DNA of 64,000 nucleotides, from IMG/VR virus record IMGVR_UViG_3300027851_000026. One strand, written 5' to 3'. A program made the translations under genes and the position numbers. The DNA is from an uncultured virus (IMG/VR IMGVR_UViG_3300027851_000026) (taxonomy: Duplodnaviria; Heunggongvirae; Uroviricota; Caudoviricetes). The notes under the pieces are model-generated. The model saw only the letters and a list, made by a program, of their open reading frames with translations, ran no database searches and was not told the DNA's origin. Positions 1-10,918 of this stretch are shown here, piece after piece. How positions within the stretch are numbered: the stretch's first letter is position 1; each line of letters opens with the position of its first letter.

Positions 1-244
1 GGATACGTATGGCGCCAAGAATGGTGTTGATATGACGCGGACCGTGACCCCCAGCGGAGTGGGCGCCTCGTTGCCGGCCAACGGTCCGTTCGTGGGCGCG
101 TTCAATAACATCGGCACGCCTGCTGTCTTTAAAGCCAGCTCGTATGGATATGCGTCTGTTGGCGCGGCGCTTTCTGGCGCGCAACGCCTCGCGCGCTACA
201 CCAATGTTCAAGCGTGGGCCACCTCCGTGGGAGCGAATGTCTAA
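1..244 (+). repeat. Near-identical copy of 46616..46859 (3' end of the shared 278-aa gene)
   Basis: Manual alignment: mismatches only at 128, 159, 214, 226, 238 and 243. Confidence 0.97.
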
Positions 245-267
245 TATCTACGAAGGAGGAAGATGAA

Positions 268-501
268 ATGGCAATGTTTATTATTCTAACAAGCGGCGAA
301 GCTGATATCGTGCGAGAGAGTATCTACAGTGTGATTCCTCGTTATCAACCGATTCGACGCGCTGATGATAAGTACATTCTTCCAGTAAGTATTCTCTCCG
401 CATCTGCACATGAACAGTGGTGGGAATTTCTCGGCGAACTACCGCAGCTTGATCACAATGATCCTGCATTTCCCGGTCCGTACGAACCGCTGGAAGAGTG
501 A
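268..501 (+). CDS. Small protein homologous to 46859..47092
   Basis: AAGGAGG upstream; MAMFIILT...FLGELPQLDHNDPAFPG vs MAMFILLT...FLGGLPQMDENDPDFPG. Confidence 0.8.
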   Translation: MAMFIILTSGEADIVRESIYSVIPRYQPIRRADDKYILPVSILSASAHEQWWEFLGELPQLDHNDPAFPGPYEPLEE

Positions 502-2048
502 GCGTGTCTGAAAGTAAGACATTCGTATTCGACGAAGAGAAGAATCCGTGGCAACTCGGATTCTTTCTCGACCGCACAACTGTGACTGGATACACAGGTG
601 GATTCGGTAATGGCAAGACTGCAGCACTCGGAGTCATCGCTGTTACACTTGCACGCAACTATCAGAACGCACGCATACTTGTAGGTCGGGCAACTCGTCC
701 AAAGCTGGAAGACAGTACGAAGCCTGAGCTATTGAAGTGGTTCCCTCCTGCATGGGTAGCTCGCTATCCTACAGATCGCCACAACAATCTCATCATGAAA
801 GAGACAAACAGCACAATCGAGTTTCGACACATTCGACAAGAAGGCAAAGGCAAAGGTGAGCAGCAATCGAATCTTCTCTCTGCGACATACGATGCTATCA
901 TTGTTGATCAGCTTGACGATCCTGAGTTTGGCTACAAAGACTTTGAAGATTTGATTGGTCGTCTGCGTGGTACTGCGAAGTTTGTAGGTGACAGAAGCGA
1001 TCCTGTGCTTGCAAACATGCCTGAGTTTGGTCCGCAGTGGTTTCGCTTCGGTGCTAATCCTACACGTAACTGGCTGTATCGTGAACTCGTAGCACCATAC
1101 TTCACGTATCAAGATGCAAAGATTAAATCATCGAAGCTGTTGATTGATCATGAGACTGGTGAATTGCTTATCAAGATATTCAATGCTCCGTCCTCAGCAA
1201 ACCAGCACAACACTGGTGCAGCATACGTCAATCGCATGCGTTCAGTATTCCGCGGAGCTAATGCAAAGCGATTCGTTGATGCAAGCTGGGGTGCATACGA
1301 AGGACTAATCTTTCCTGAATTTGATGAGACTGTGCACATCATTCATGAAGATGAGATGCAGAAGTACATCACTGAGCAACTCGCTGATGACATGCTCGGT
1401 GTGATTGAAGGATATGACTACGGTCAAGCGAGTGCATCGTGCTATCTGCTAATGTTCCACAACTCTGCTGGCGACATCTTTCTTGCTGATGGCTACTATG
1501 AGCCGATGTTGAAGATCAAGTCACAAGTCAAGCAAGTGAAAGATATCCGCAAAGAATGGAACATCATTCCAACAGAGCGTCCGTTTGCAGACCCACAGAT
1601 ATTCAAGAAGACAAATGCAGCAGCAGACAAAGTAGCAGAGCCAATCGCAACGCTGTTCTCGCAGCAAGGGCTAGAGTTTCAGCGAGGTGCCAACGACATC
1701 GCTTCCGGATTGCAGAAGTGTGCGAGCTATCTAACAGTAGACAAGCTGCACAAGCATCCAATCACAGGCAACTACGGTGCACCTCGATTCTTCGTGTCAA
1801 GCAAATGCGAATTCTTTACGAATGAGATCGTTGACTATTACTGGAACAAGAACGTACTTGGTAACAATGTAGACAAGCCACAAGATCGCAACGACCACGC
1901 AATGAATGCATGGAAGTATGGACTCACACGTAGACCGAATGTAGTTGGTGCTGTTGTTCGTAGATCACGACTCATCAATCCTATCGCATTTCAGTGGCAC
2001 GAAGCACAAGACGACGCACGCGGTAAAACTCTCCCTAGACACACGTGA
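498..2048 (+). CDS. terL: Terminase large subunit
   Basis: Walker A GGFGNGKT, Walker-B-like IIVDQ, GANP coupling motif, RNase H-like GYDYG and C-terminal KPQDRNDHAM. Confidence 0.9.
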   Translation: MSVSESKTFVFDEEKNPWQLGFFLDRTTVTGYTGGFGNGKTAALGVIAVTLARNYQNARILVGRATRPKLEDSTKPELLKWFPPAWVARYPTDRHNNLIMKETNSTIEFRHIRQEGKGKGEQQSNLLSATYDAIIVDQLDDPEFGYKDFEDLIGRLRGTAKFVGDRSDPVLANMPEFGPQWFRFGANPTRNWLYRELVAPYFTYQDAKIKSSKLLIDHETGELLIKIFNAPSSANQHNTGAAYVNRMRSVFRGANAKRFVDASWGAYEGLIFPEFDETVHIIHEDEMQKYITEQLADDMLGVIEGYDYGQASASCYLLMFHNSAGDIFLADGYYEPMLKIKSQVKQVKDIRKEWNIIPTERPFADPQIFKKTNAAADKVAEPIATLFSQQGLEFQRGANDIASGLQKCASYLTVDKLHKHPITGNYGAPRFFVSSKCEFFTNEIVDYYWNKNVLGNNVDKPQDRNDHAMNAWKYGLTRRPNVVGAVVRRSRLINPIAFQWHEAQDDARGKTLPRHT

Positions 2049-4177
2049 GCATCATGGCAATTGAACCGACAAACATCGACCCGAACATTCAGCGCTCCAT
2101 TGAAGAACTCGATGATGGCATGCGTGTTGAAGCACCACCTCCTGTGCGTGAGGAAGTGTATCGACTCATGCCGGAGACGAAAGTTCCGGTGTCGAAGTTT
2201 GAAGGTCCGGTGTGGCAAGGGCGCAAGAAAGCTGCACAGAAGCAACTCGAATCGCTGATCAGTGCGTGGGATGAAGCTGAGTATTACTACGACAATACAC
2301 AGGATTCGCATCGCAAAGAGACACAGGGCACACAGCAGGGCAATCGTAACTACGGCAAGGATCGACGTGACTCGTTCTCGATGACAGAGAACGTCGTGTA
2401 CGCCACTGTGAATGCAGTAGTACCGAACACGTATGCTAAGAATCCGAATGTCGAAGTGACAATGAATGATCCGCAGTTGGAGAAGTTCGGTGTCATGCTT
2501 GAGACGCTACTCAACAAGATCGCATCCACACACTACGCACCGGGCATCCATCTCAAGCCGAAAGTGAAGAAGTCAATCGTTCGCTGTGAGATCATGAATG
2601 AAGCATGGATCATGGTGGGATGGACAAAGAAGGAAGATAGCGCAGAGGGTGCGCGTGAAGACATCGCACGCATTGGCAAAGAGATGGTCGATGCGAAGGA
2701 TGAAGCTACGCTGACACGTCTCGAAGGTGAACTCATGGCGCTAGAGGAGAGCATTGACTTGCTTGATCCTGCAGGGCCATGGATCAAGACATTGCAAGCA
2801 AAGCAAGTGCTCGTCGATACTGCTGCAGTTGAAGATGACTACAGCGATGCGAATTGGATGATGGTGGAGGTACTACTTCCTACCAACTATCTCAACGCAC
2901 GCTTTCGTATCAAGCAGAAAGACGGCAGCTACACAAGCGCGTACAAGCCGACACACGTTGTCGATGCATCTCAGCCGAGCACTGGTGATGGGGTACAACA
3001 AGAGATCGACAGCTTCAAGATGTTCGACAACAGCAAGGACAATGCCAACGACTACGGCTACAGCGATCGTCGTACGTATGAGCGTGCCAAGCGTACGAAG
3101 TGTTTCTACGCATTCGATAAGATCAAGCGTCGATACTATCTATACGCTGACAGTGATTGGACATTTCCGATCTGGTGCTTTGATGATCCGTATCGACTGC
3201 CGACATTCTTTCCGCTCACACGTTTGACGTATCATGCAAGTCCGAAAGCTACTCGTACGAAGGGTGAAGTGTCGTACTATCTTGATCAGCAAGATGAAAT
3301 CAACGTCATTGCTGATGAATTGAACCGTGCTCGTGTGTCTCTACGTGACAACACGTTGTTCAACAGTACAGTGCTGACACTGAAAGATGTTGAAGACATC
3401 GTATTGAACAGCAACAAGAAGATGAAAGGCGTCAAGGTTCCAGAAGGCCAGAAGCTCACTGACATCATCATGGGACCGCCTATGCCGACACTGCAGTACG
3501 AGCATCTGTGGGACAAGTCACGTGCAATGGGCGCGATCACACAGATCAGCGGTGTCATGGATGCAATGCGTGGTGAACAGTTCAAAACGAATACCACGAA
3601 CGATGCTATTGCTAACTACAACAGCATCTCAGGCGTACGACTTGATGAGAAGCGTGATGCCATCGAAGACTTCGTTGGCGCTATCATGTACAACATCATG
3701 TTCATGTGGCTACAGTTCGGTGATCAAGAAATGACGCTGGACATGGTGGGCAGTTCGTTTGCTGCAGAAGTGCAAGCGTGGCAACCGGGCATGGACCCAC
3801 GTGAGATTCGACGCAAGGTGCAATGCAGTGTTGAAGGCGGTAGCACACAGAAGCCGACAAGTGCAGCTAAGAAAGCCGAAGCACTACAGATCGGACAGAT
3901 TCTCGGACAGTTCGCAAGCGCATCACCAGCGGTGGTGCTACTCTTGCTCAAGATATTCCAGCGTGCATTCGATGGTGTTGTGATCACCGATGCAGATTGG
4001 ACAGAGCTTCGTCAAGGTATCATGATGCAGATGCAACGTGGTGCAAGTGGTGAAGGTGGTGGTGAGCCACAAGCGGAGAGCGATGATGAAGCAGTCGTCG
4101 CAGATATGGTCAAGAAAGGCGTACCTGAGCAAGTCGCTCGTGAAAAGGTCGCCGCTTCAAAGAAGCAGCAACAGTAA
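2045..4177 (+). CDS. Portal protein
   Basis: 710 aa directly after TerL; DQQDEIN and QISGVMDAMRG...T portal-like segments. Confidence 0.8.
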   Translation: MSIMAIEPTNIDPNIQRSIEELDDGMRVEAPPPVREEVYRLMPETKVPVSKFEGPVWQGRKKAAQKQLESLISAWDEAEYYYDNTQDSHRKETQGTQQGNRNYGKDRRDSFSMTENVVYATVNAVVPNTYAKNPNVEVTMNDPQLEKFGVMLETLLNKIASTHYAPGIHLKPKVKKSIVRCEIMNEAWIMVGWTKKEDSAEGAREDIARIGKEMVDAKDEATLTRLEGELMALEESIDLLDPAGPWIKTLQAKQVLVDTAAVEDDYSDANWMMVEVLLPTNYLNARFRIKQKDGSYTSAYKPTHVVDASQPSTGDGVQQEIDSFKMFDNSKDNANDYGYSDRRTYERAKRTKCFYAFDKIKRRYYLYADSDWTFPIWCFDDPYRLPTFFPLTRLTYHASPKATRTKGEVSYYLDQQDEINVIADELNRARVSLRDNTLFNSTVLTLKDVEDIVLNSNKKMKGVKVPEGQKLTDIIMGPPMPTLQYEHLWDKSRAMGAITQISGVMDAMRGEQFKTNTTNDAIANYNSISGVRLDEKRDAIEDFVGAIMYNIMFMWLQFGDQEMTLDMVGSSFAAEVQAWQPGMDPREIRRKVQCSVEGGSTQKPTSAAKKAEALQIGQILGQFASASPAVVLLLLKIFQRAFDGVVITDADWTELRQGIMMQMQRGASGEGGGEPQAESDDEAVVADMVKKGVPEQVAREKVAASKKQQQ

Positions 4178-4189
4178 AGGACACACATC

Positions 4190-5368
4190 ATGGCTACCGA
4201 AATGGACCTGAACGACGACACACTGCAGCAGGATGACAACTCGCAGCAGGATCAGCAGAACAACGACACGCAGGACGTTAGTAAGGAAGTTGAGAAGTCA
4301 TCTAGCTGGCTCGACAAGCAGCTTGGTGAATTTCAGGAGAACACAGATGACGAGCGTGGAAAGGCCGCTGCGGCTAAGAGTAAAGAAGGTGCTAAAGAAA
4401 CGGACGAACAGCGTGACGCGCGAGTCGCTAAAGAGCGTGGTGGTAACAAAGACCAACAGCAGCAGGACGGACGTGGCTCTCAGCAGGATAACCGCGTTCA
4501 ACAGAATGCACCGCAAGCGCCTCGCAAGTTCGGCAATCACTTCATCACCAACTCGCGTGGAGACGTAGTTGATGCGAATGGCACAGTCGTAGCCAAGAGC
4601 GGCGGCGAACGTGCTGTATTCCACAAGCTATGGCCGATGATGGATCGTGCGTACACAGAAGCTGCACAGAACGCACAGAAGATCAAGACATACGAAGAAG
4701 CGAACGCACTTGCTAAGACTGCAGGACTGAACATCAACGAACAAGCTGCGGGCATGTCGTTCATGGTGCAGTGGAAGAAAGACCCTAAAGCTGCGATCAA
4801 AACGATGTTGTCGTTGGCACAGGAAGGTGCTATAGATGTAAGTGACATCGTGCAAGGCGGTGGAGGGTTCAATCAGTCAGCCGTGATGGAAGCTATCAAC
4901 GGTTTGCTGGAAACAAAGCTCGCTGCATTTGCACCAATCTTGAAGCAGTACGCCGACATTGAGCAGCAGAACGAAGTACAGAGTGAAGTGCAGCAAGAAT
5001 ACGCTGCATTCATGGAACGCTTCCCTGATGCTAAGACACACGAAGAATCCATTGCCAATGTCATGCGTGACAAAGACGTGGATCACCAGACCGCATACTT
5101 CATTACGCGGACATGGGCAGCAGAGAATGGACTTGATTGGAGCAAGCCTCTAGCTCCGCAAGCGATTGCTCTGCAGCAGAAGAACGGACAGCATCAACAG
5201 CGACCTTCCGGTGGTGGAAACAACCGTCAAATGCCGAACATGCGTAGTGGTCGGCAGCAGTCCAACGTAGACACTGACACGAAGAAGACAGTGTTTGCAG
5301 ACCCGAATGACTCGTGGGAGCAGATCGCTCGCCAGACACTCGCGGAACACGGACGTACGGTACAGTAA
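4190..5368 (+). CDS. Capsid scaffolding protein
   Basis: Acidic, Q-rich, coiled-coil protein between portal and MCP. Confidence 0.7.
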   Translation: MATEMDLNDDTLQQDDNSQQDQQNNDTQDVSKEVEKSSSWLDKQLGEFQENTDDERGKAAAAKSKEGAKETDEQRDARVAKERGGNKDQQQQDGRGSQQDNRVQQNAPQAPRKFGNHFITNSRGDVVDANGTVVAKSGGERAVFHKLWPMMDRAYTEAAQNAQKIKTYEEANALAKTAGLNINEQAAGMSFMVQWKKDPKAAIKTMLSLAQEGAIDVSDIVQGGGGFNQSAVMEAINGLLETKLAAFAPILKQYADIEQQNEVQSEVQQEYAAFMERFPDAKTHEESIANVMRDKDVDHQTAYFITRTWAAENGLDWSKPLAPQAIALQQKNGQHQQRPSGGGNNRQMPNMRSGRQQSNVDTDTKKTVFADPNDSWEQIARQTLAEHGRTVQ

Positions 5369-5395
5369 TGTTTCACATAATCACTGGAGAAAGTA

Positions 5396-6373
5396 ATGCT
5401 TAGTTCGTATGCGTCTGGCACACTGGATACAATCATCCATTCGATGCTGGATAAGAGTCGCAAGAAGCTGATCATGGCTGCTATCAAGTCCAACGCTCTC
5501 GTGGCGTGGGCGTTTGCTAGCAACCGTGTTGAGACGGAAACTGGTGCGAACATCACCAATCCGCTCATCGTCGGCCGCAATCCCAACATCAGTGCAACGC
5601 AGTATTACAACCCGATTCCCATTGGCCAGACCAACGAATTCGACACCGTGCGCTATGGCTGGTCGCGTGTTGTCGGTACTGTCATCATCTCCGAACAGGA
5701 AGAAGATGAGAATCAGGGCGACACGATGATCTTCAAGCTGATGAAGGCGAAGATGCAGGTGCTTGAAGAGAGCATCACTGAACGCTTCTCGTCTTATCTG
5801 TACAGCACAGGTACAGGTCTTGAGCCGAACGGTCTCGGTAACTTGATTCCGGATGATCCCACGACTGGATCGCTCGGTGGCATCTCGCGTTCGGCACAGA
5901 CACAGTGGCGTACGTCTGCGTATCAGTTCTCCGGTGGTCTCGACTCGTCGAACATCGAGGAAGCATTCGATGACATTCTCATGGACCTTACGCTCAAGAG
6001 TGAGAAGCCGACGATCATCGTGTGCGGCCGTAACATCATGCGTCTGTATCGACAGGCTGCACGTGACCGCACCATGTTCGCGCTGCAGGATACCAAGAAT
6101 GGTTCCCGCATGTACGATCTTGGGTTCAACGGTGTCACGCACAACAACATTCCCATGATCTACGATGAAGACTGCGGTACGAACCGTGCGTACTTCATCA
6201 ACGACAAGTACCTGCGTCTGCACATGCTCAAGGGCGTGAACATGCGTACGAAGAAGCTGAACTCGCCGTGGAACCTCGATGCTTCTGGCTCGCGTGTTAC
6301 ATGGCAGGGACAGTTCTGTCTCTGGAAGGCGTATCGTACTCACGCTGTCCTGCGTAACGGCACGACCGGCTAA
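5396..6373 (+). CDS. Major capsid protein
   Basis: 325 aa after scaffold; strong codon bias; GL..LI, GGISR...QW and YFIN..YL motifs typical of HK97-fold MCPs. Confidence 0.85.
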   Translation: MLSSYASGTLDTIIHSMLDKSRKKLIMAAIKSNALVAWAFASNRVETETGANITNPLIVGRNPNISATQYYNPIPIGQTNEFDTVRYGWSRVVGTVIISEQEEDENQGDTMIFKLMKAKMQVLEESITERFSSYLYSTGTGLEPNGLGNLIPDDPTTGSLGGISRSAQTQWRTSAYQFSGGLDSSNIEEAFDDILMDLTLKSEKPTIIVCGRNIMRLYRQAARDRTMFALQDTKNGSRMYDLGFNGVTHNNIPMIYDEDCGTNRAYFINDKYLRLHMLKGVNMRTKKLNSPWNLDASGSRVTWQGQFCLWKAYRTHAVLRNGTTG

Positions 6374-6387
6374 TAGAAGGAACACAC

Positions 6388-6600
6388 ATGACTACTACAA
6401 TCAAAGTCACGTCGCACAACTATCCTGCACGTGTTGAGATTGTTGATCATTATGCAGAACGAGATAGCGTGGTAGAAACACGCATTCTCGTTCCGGAAGA
6501 TGGTGAACAGTCTTTTCACTGCACTACAACTCGCGAACTTCGCATCACTGATTTGGATTACAATGATCCTGCAGTGCTTGCTCTCAAGAGTAAGGAGTAA
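6388..6600 (+). CDS. Hypothetical protein
   Basis: ORF with RBS, in operon. Confidence 0.6.
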   Translation: MTTTIKVTSHNYPARVEIVDHYAERDSVVETRILVPEDGEQSFHCTTTRELRITDLDYNDPAVLALKSKE

Positions 6601-6605
6601 GCAAC

Positions 6606-7055
6606 ATGGGCGTTCGTGTAGAATATACGGTGACGAAGCTTCCTGAAAGCTACGTCACACTTGAGACACAGTATGCTTTCGAGCAGGACGGTGATCGCAA
6701 GGACAAGAACGGTAGTCCTAAGATGAAGATGGAATCCAAGCAGGTTGAAGTGCGTGGAGGTTACATCATCAAGGTGAAGGGCAATCCGGGGCACAGCTTT
6801 CGTGTCATGAATGAGGAACAGGCTAACGCACTCAAGCTGTCCCTCAAGCCGCGTCTCATCAACACTGAGACAGGTGAAGAGTGCAATCAGCAGGGCATTC
6901 CGCTTTCGGTTGCTGCTGCTGTTGGACATGATGACACCGGACGCATCGAGACTGATGTTGACGTGTCACGAAACGACGATCAGCTTGATCTTGAGTTGGA
7001 CATGTCCGACAAGGGTGAAGCTGCAGTCGGTGATGCTGTAGCGAATCTGGAGTAA
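6606..7055 (+). CDS. Hypothetical protein
   Basis: AAGGAG RBS, in operon. Confidence 0.65.
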   Translation: MGVRVEYTVTKLPESYVTLETQYAFEQDGDRKDKNGSPKMKMESKQVEVRGGYIIKVKGNPGHSFRVMNEEQANALKLSLKPRLINTETGEECNQQGIPLSVAAAVGHDDTGRIETDVDVSRNDDQLDLELDMSDKGEAAVGDAVANLE

Positions 7056-7061
7056 TTCATC

Positions 7062-7793
7062 ATGACTATCGCACGTCCCTATGCCGAATACTATCCGTAC
7101 GGCATCAATCTCTTTGTTCCCAACTGTGCACTTGCTGCTGATGTAGAACTCGGTCAGTCGCTGTACGTTGCGAACTTTGGAGCACCGCTTGCATTGAGCG
7201 CGAGTGGTCTTATCAATAGCGTGGTCATGGTGAACGGCTCTGCTGTCACTGTTACTGCGTTCACTGCTGGTGCCGGTACTGCTACAGAGATTGGCTACAA
7301 CGGCATGGTTCCGTTCACCTCGCTAACGAAGCGTGATGGTTGGGGCCGAAACATCACTGCTGTTGCGTCGAGCACGAATACTCGCGTGATGACAGTGACA
7401 GGCTATGACTATCTCGGCCAGCCTATGCAGGAGACTATCACTCTCACGAGCGGTAGCACAGCGCAGGGCAACAAGGCGTTCGCGTGGGTCACTTCGATCT
7501 CGTTTGCTTCGGCTGCGGACACTACGACAGTGAACGTTGGTTGGGGTAACAAGCTCGGCCTGCCGTTTGCTGGCAATGCGATGGTGAATGAAAGCAAGAA
7601 CGGTGCGATTGCCGCCAATGCTGGTACATTCACTGCCGCACTTGTTGATGGTACTGCTGCGACAATCAGCAACGCTGACACGAAGGGCACGTACCTGCCA
7701 TCGACGGTGATCCCTGACGGTACGAATACGTTTGAAGTGGTCTACACACTTCGACGTGGCAACCTCCACGGCAACCGCGCGTACAGCGCCTAG
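7062..7793 (+). CDS. Putative virion structural/decoration protein
   Basis: T/A/G-rich beta-type protein in head module (TVTGYDYLGQPMQETI). Confidence 0.6.
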   Translation: MTIARPYAEYYPYGINLFVPNCALAADVELGQSLYVANFGAPLALSASGLINSVVMVNGSAVTVTAFTAGAGTATEIGYNGMVPFTSLTKRDGWGRNITAVASSTNTRVMTVTGYDYLGQPMQETITLTSGSTAQGNKAFAWVTSISFASAADTTTVNVGWGNKLGLPFAGNAMVNESKNGAIAANAGTFTAALVDGTAATISNADTKGTYLPSTVIPDGTNTFEVVYTLRRGNLHGNRAYSA

Positions 7794-7799
7794 CTAGGA

Positions 7800-7854
7800 G
7801 TGGGTTGACAGCGAGTGCATTGTGTGTTCTGCACTCGCCGTTGACTTACTTTAT
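7800..7854 (+). terminator. Long hairpin plus T run after head genes
   Basis: GCGAGTGCA/TGCACTCGC core, extendable with GU pairs, followed by TTTT. Confidence 0.6.
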
Positions 7855-7868
7855 AACAGGAGGATTGC

Positions 7869-8558
7869 ATGGCTCTGACATTCAAAACAATTCAAGATGC
7901 GATCCGCGAAACGGCGAAGTGCATGGGCCTGACTAACGGCGAAGGCATGACCCCGTACTCGAACGAACTTGTCATTTCGTATCTCGCTGGCGCACATGTT
8001 CTCATTCGTGATGAGCATGAGTGGGGTGAGATGCAGCGTTCATTCGTGCGTACTCTCGACGGTGTGACAGGTAAGATCACACAAACGATTGAAGGATGCA
8101 CTGACTGGAAGCAGATTCGTCGTATCTATCAAGATTCATTCCAGACACCACTGCCGATGTTGACGAGTTACACGAATCCTCTCAACTCACCGCTGTTGAT
8201 TGGATACAGTGCACTAGCTCCGGAAGATGACTTGCAACCGCCTGCTACTGGCCGGTACTTGGTGCAGTTCTTTCCACTGAACAACACAGCACAGGTAGTG
8301 TTTCAGATTGACTATGAGTTTGATGTCACTGCTGTCGAAACACTCGTGCCTATCGACTTCTGGCTGCATGTGTGGGGAGCCGCTATGCAATACGCTGCAG
8401 ATGATGGCACGAATCCAGCACAGTTGACAAAGTACAGTGGCTTGTTCAACAAGCGCATGCTGCAAGTCACCGCACGTGAGAACAGCCGACCATCGTTTGC
8501 ACAACCGAACCAGTTGATTCCGAACGACTGGTGGGAGCAGGACGCACCGTATGCTTAA
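7869..8558 (+). CDS. Putative head-tail adaptor (tail tubular A-like)
   Basis: Position and size before nozzle-like gene. Confidence 0.6.
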   Translation: MALTFKTIQDAIRETAKCMGLTNGEGMTPYSNELVISYLAGAHVLIRDEHEWGEMQRSFVRTLDGVTGKITQTIEGCTDWKQIRRIYQDSFQTPLPMLTSYTNPLNSPLLIGYSALAPEDDLQPPATGRYLVQFFPLNNTAQVVFQIDYEFDVTAVETLVPIDFWLHVWGAAMQYAADDGTNPAQLTKYSGLFNKRMLQVTARENSRPSFAQPNQLIPNDWWEQDAPYA

Positions 8559-10329
8559 GACACCAACCGCACGCGATTTCAGTGGTGGACTGAACCTTGC
8601 CGACAGTGAATTGAATCTGTCGAGTAAGTACGCGCGTGAGTTGACTAATTTGTACGTGGACATTGATGGATCAATCTGGCTCCGTCAAGGCACGCAGTTG
8701 TTTGCTGATATTGCTCCGTTGAGTGACTACAACATCTCGAATACTCATTACTTCGTGCAGTACATCATTGTAGTGAATACTCGTGGTGAAGTGTTTGCAG
8801 TTGATGGACAAGGCAACATTGCAAAGATTTGGGACAGTATCATTGCAGCAGCAAAGCGTCCCGGTCTCACGATTTGGGCAAGCGCAGAACATGTCACGTT
8901 TGAGGAATTCAAAGGTGCATTGATCATCAGCAATGGACAAGACAAGCCTCTTGAAATCACTGCTGATCTTACAGTTGATTACCTTGCCGACGTGACGGGC
9001 AGCAATATCAACGTGCCTATTGGCCTGATCATGGAGTCATTCGCGAATCACTTGTTCATCGCATCTGGCTACATGCTCAATGTCAGCGAGCGTAATGCTG
9101 CAGGTACATGGCCCGGTGATCCTGGTGTACAGTTCACGAATAGCTTTGATATGCGTTCGTATGTTTCAGTGGGTGATACTGAAATCATTGCACTGCATGC
9201 ATTCAAGAACTTCTTACTTGTGTGCTTCCGTGAAGTGATTGTGCCTATCCAAATCATCGAAGATGCAACAGCTACACCGAAGCTGAACATCAACGTGTCA
9301 CAGGATAGTGTCATTAATAACTACGGAGCATTCTCGTATCGCACTGCTCAGGACTTGGGAGAGGCAATCTACAACGCTGATATTGTTGGTGTGTCAGAAC
9401 TCTCGCTGTCTAGTTTCACAAAGATTCTCTCACCAGATCGTCCGTCGAGGTTTATCGATCCTGTGCTACAGCCTGCTATCAATGCACTGTCTACAGAAGC
9501 ATTGTTGACAGATACGTTCAGCATCTATGATCGTCGTCTTGGTACGTATGCGTTGTTCATTCCGAATGCTGCGTCACAGTACCAGACAGAGAGCGTTGGA
9601 TACTCGTACCGCACACTTGAGAAGTTCAAGATTAGTGCGTGGTGTGTTCTACGTGGATGGAATTGGCATGGTGCTTGTCGCAGCAGCGAAGGCAACGTGT
9701 TCTTCAATCGCAACAACTGCACCAAGATATTCGTCAAAGGTGATCGTGTATCCAATCCTCTGTGGGCTGACTTCATTGGAGAGCAAGAGACGTTCAGCGA
9801 TGGTACATACTTCACAGACAACACAGGATTCGGCCCTGTAGCGAATGTGAATGACAGCGGTCTACCGATTGAATGGGCATGGGAATTGCCGTGGGCTGAC
9901 TTCAAGCAGCGTATGTTGACAAAGACATTGCGCTATCTTGTTCTTGATACAGAAGGTGATCAGCCTATTCACTGTGAAGTATTTGTGGACGACATCTATT
10001 ACGCACGGGATCTCGTCGGTGAAACATTCAGTGATGGCACGACATTCACGGATGGTACAGGTTGGACACCGTACACAACAGTTCCACGTACACCTGCACT
10101 GGTGATGGACTACATCGGACGCGACGCTGGTGGCTATGGCATTCAGCAGTACGGCAATTCTCAGTATGGCGGTGGCAACAATACACGACTTCGTACGCTG
10201 ACACTCATGCCAACGAAATTCACAACAATGAAGCAGCGTTACTCTGGTCGTGCGAAGGGACCGCTGCGGTTCGTGTCGATTACACCAGCGTACATGGAAG
10301 GCACAATACGGAGGTTATTCAGTGGCTAG
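8551..10329 (+). CDS. Putative tail nozzle/stabilisation protein (tail tubular B-like)
   Basis: N-terminal DFSGGLN...N motif, NG.D.P motif, beta-propeller-like, 592 aa. Confidence 0.7.
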   Translation: MLKTPTARDFSGGLNLADSELNLSSKYARELTNLYVDIDGSIWLRQGTQLFADIAPLSDYNISNTHYFVQYIIVVNTRGEVFAVDGQGNIAKIWDSIIAAAKRPGLTIWASAEHVTFEEFKGALIISNGQDKPLEITADLTVDYLADVTGSNINVPIGLIMESFANHLFIASGYMLNVSERNAAGTWPGDPGVQFTNSFDMRSYVSVGDTEIIALHAFKNFLLVCFREVIVPIQIIEDATATPKLNINVSQDSVINNYGAFSYRTAQDLGEAIYNADIVGVSELSLSSFTKILSPDRPSRFIDPVLQPAINALSTEALLTDTFSIYDRRLGTYALFIPNAASQYQTESVGYSYRTLEKFKISAWCVLRGWNWHGACRSSEGNVFFNRNNCTKIFVKGDRVSNPLWADFIGEQETFSDGTYFTDNTGFGPVANVNDSGLPIEWAWELPWADFKQRMLTKTLRYLVLDTEGDQPIHCEVFVDDIYYARDLVGETFSDGTTFTDGTGWTPYTTVPRTPALVMDYIGRDAGGYGIQQYGNSQYGGGNNTRLRTLTLMPTKFTTMKQRYSGRAKGPLRFVSITPAYMEGTIRRLFSG

Positions 10330-10489
10330 TCAAATCAATCCCAATGTTTTTCCTGACAATGCTCTAGTTGATAAATCAGCATTGCGAGAACAGTTTATAA
10401 TTGCAGCGGCTGAAATTACAGCGCTGCAGCAAAGCACATCAACAATTCGCAAGATGGCATTCGATGATCATGCCTTCGACGAACTCTAG
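10322..10489 (+). CDS. Small virion-associated protein
   Basis: GTG start with GGAGG upstream, fills gap in operon. Confidence 0.55.
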   Translation: MASQINPNVFPDNALVDKSALREQFIIAAAEITALQQSTSTIRKMAFDDHAFDEL

Positions 10490-10498
10490 GAGGTAGTG

Positions 10499-10906
10499 AT
10501 GGCTGACAATATTGGCGTTCTCGGTGAAAGCAGTGCAACTGTTCTCGGTACTGCTACGATCTATACATGTCCCGCGAACAAGCGTGCAAAGTTTCGTTTC
10601 TTCGGACGCTTTCAGGGTGACACGAATAGCGTAGTTGCTCTGCTTGTGAATGGTGTGGAAGTAGCACGCAATACTGCGATGACTACTACTCACTACAACT
10701 ACACGATCAAGGGCGGCGGCATGTTCGCGTATGCTTCCGGTAATGCAACACCTCCGACCGGCTTGGCGAATGCTCTGACATGTGCACCTGCTGATCCTAT
10801 CTACTATCTCAATCCCGGCGACACTGCTCAGTACACAGTTGCTGGTGCGGCACTGCTTGCTTGCAACTTGCAGGCTGTTGGCGTGGAACTCGATCTCTCT
10901 GCGTAG
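10499..10906 (+). CDS. Putative tail/virion protein
   Basis: AGGAGG RBS; beta-rich. Confidence 0.65.
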   Translation: MADNIGVLGESSATVLGTATIYTCPANKRAKFRFFGRFQGDTNSVVALLVNGVEVARNTAMTTTHYNYTIKGGGMFAYASGNATPPTGLANALTCAPADPIYYLNPGDTAQYTVAGAALLACNLQAVGVELDLSA

Positions 10907-10918
10907 TGGAGTAAGAAC

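Noticed and set aside
1..244. DGR template/variable repeat pair with 46616..46859
   Set aside because: Mismatches are not adenine-specific on either strand and no reverse transcriptase is present
1..244. Physical direct terminal repeat of one 64-kb phage
   Set aside because: Copies diverge after 127 nt, lie mid-gene, and lead into two different genomes with separate lysis modules
5381..6385. 334-aa antisense ORF (likewise 41759..42796, 50552..51445, 54701..55837, 55867..56934)
   Set aside because: Shadows of strongly codon-biased genes on the opposite strand; no motifs
6360..6400. Capsid read-through or frameshift extension
   Set aside because: MCP ends in tandem TAA TAG with no slippery site; the next ORF has its own RBS
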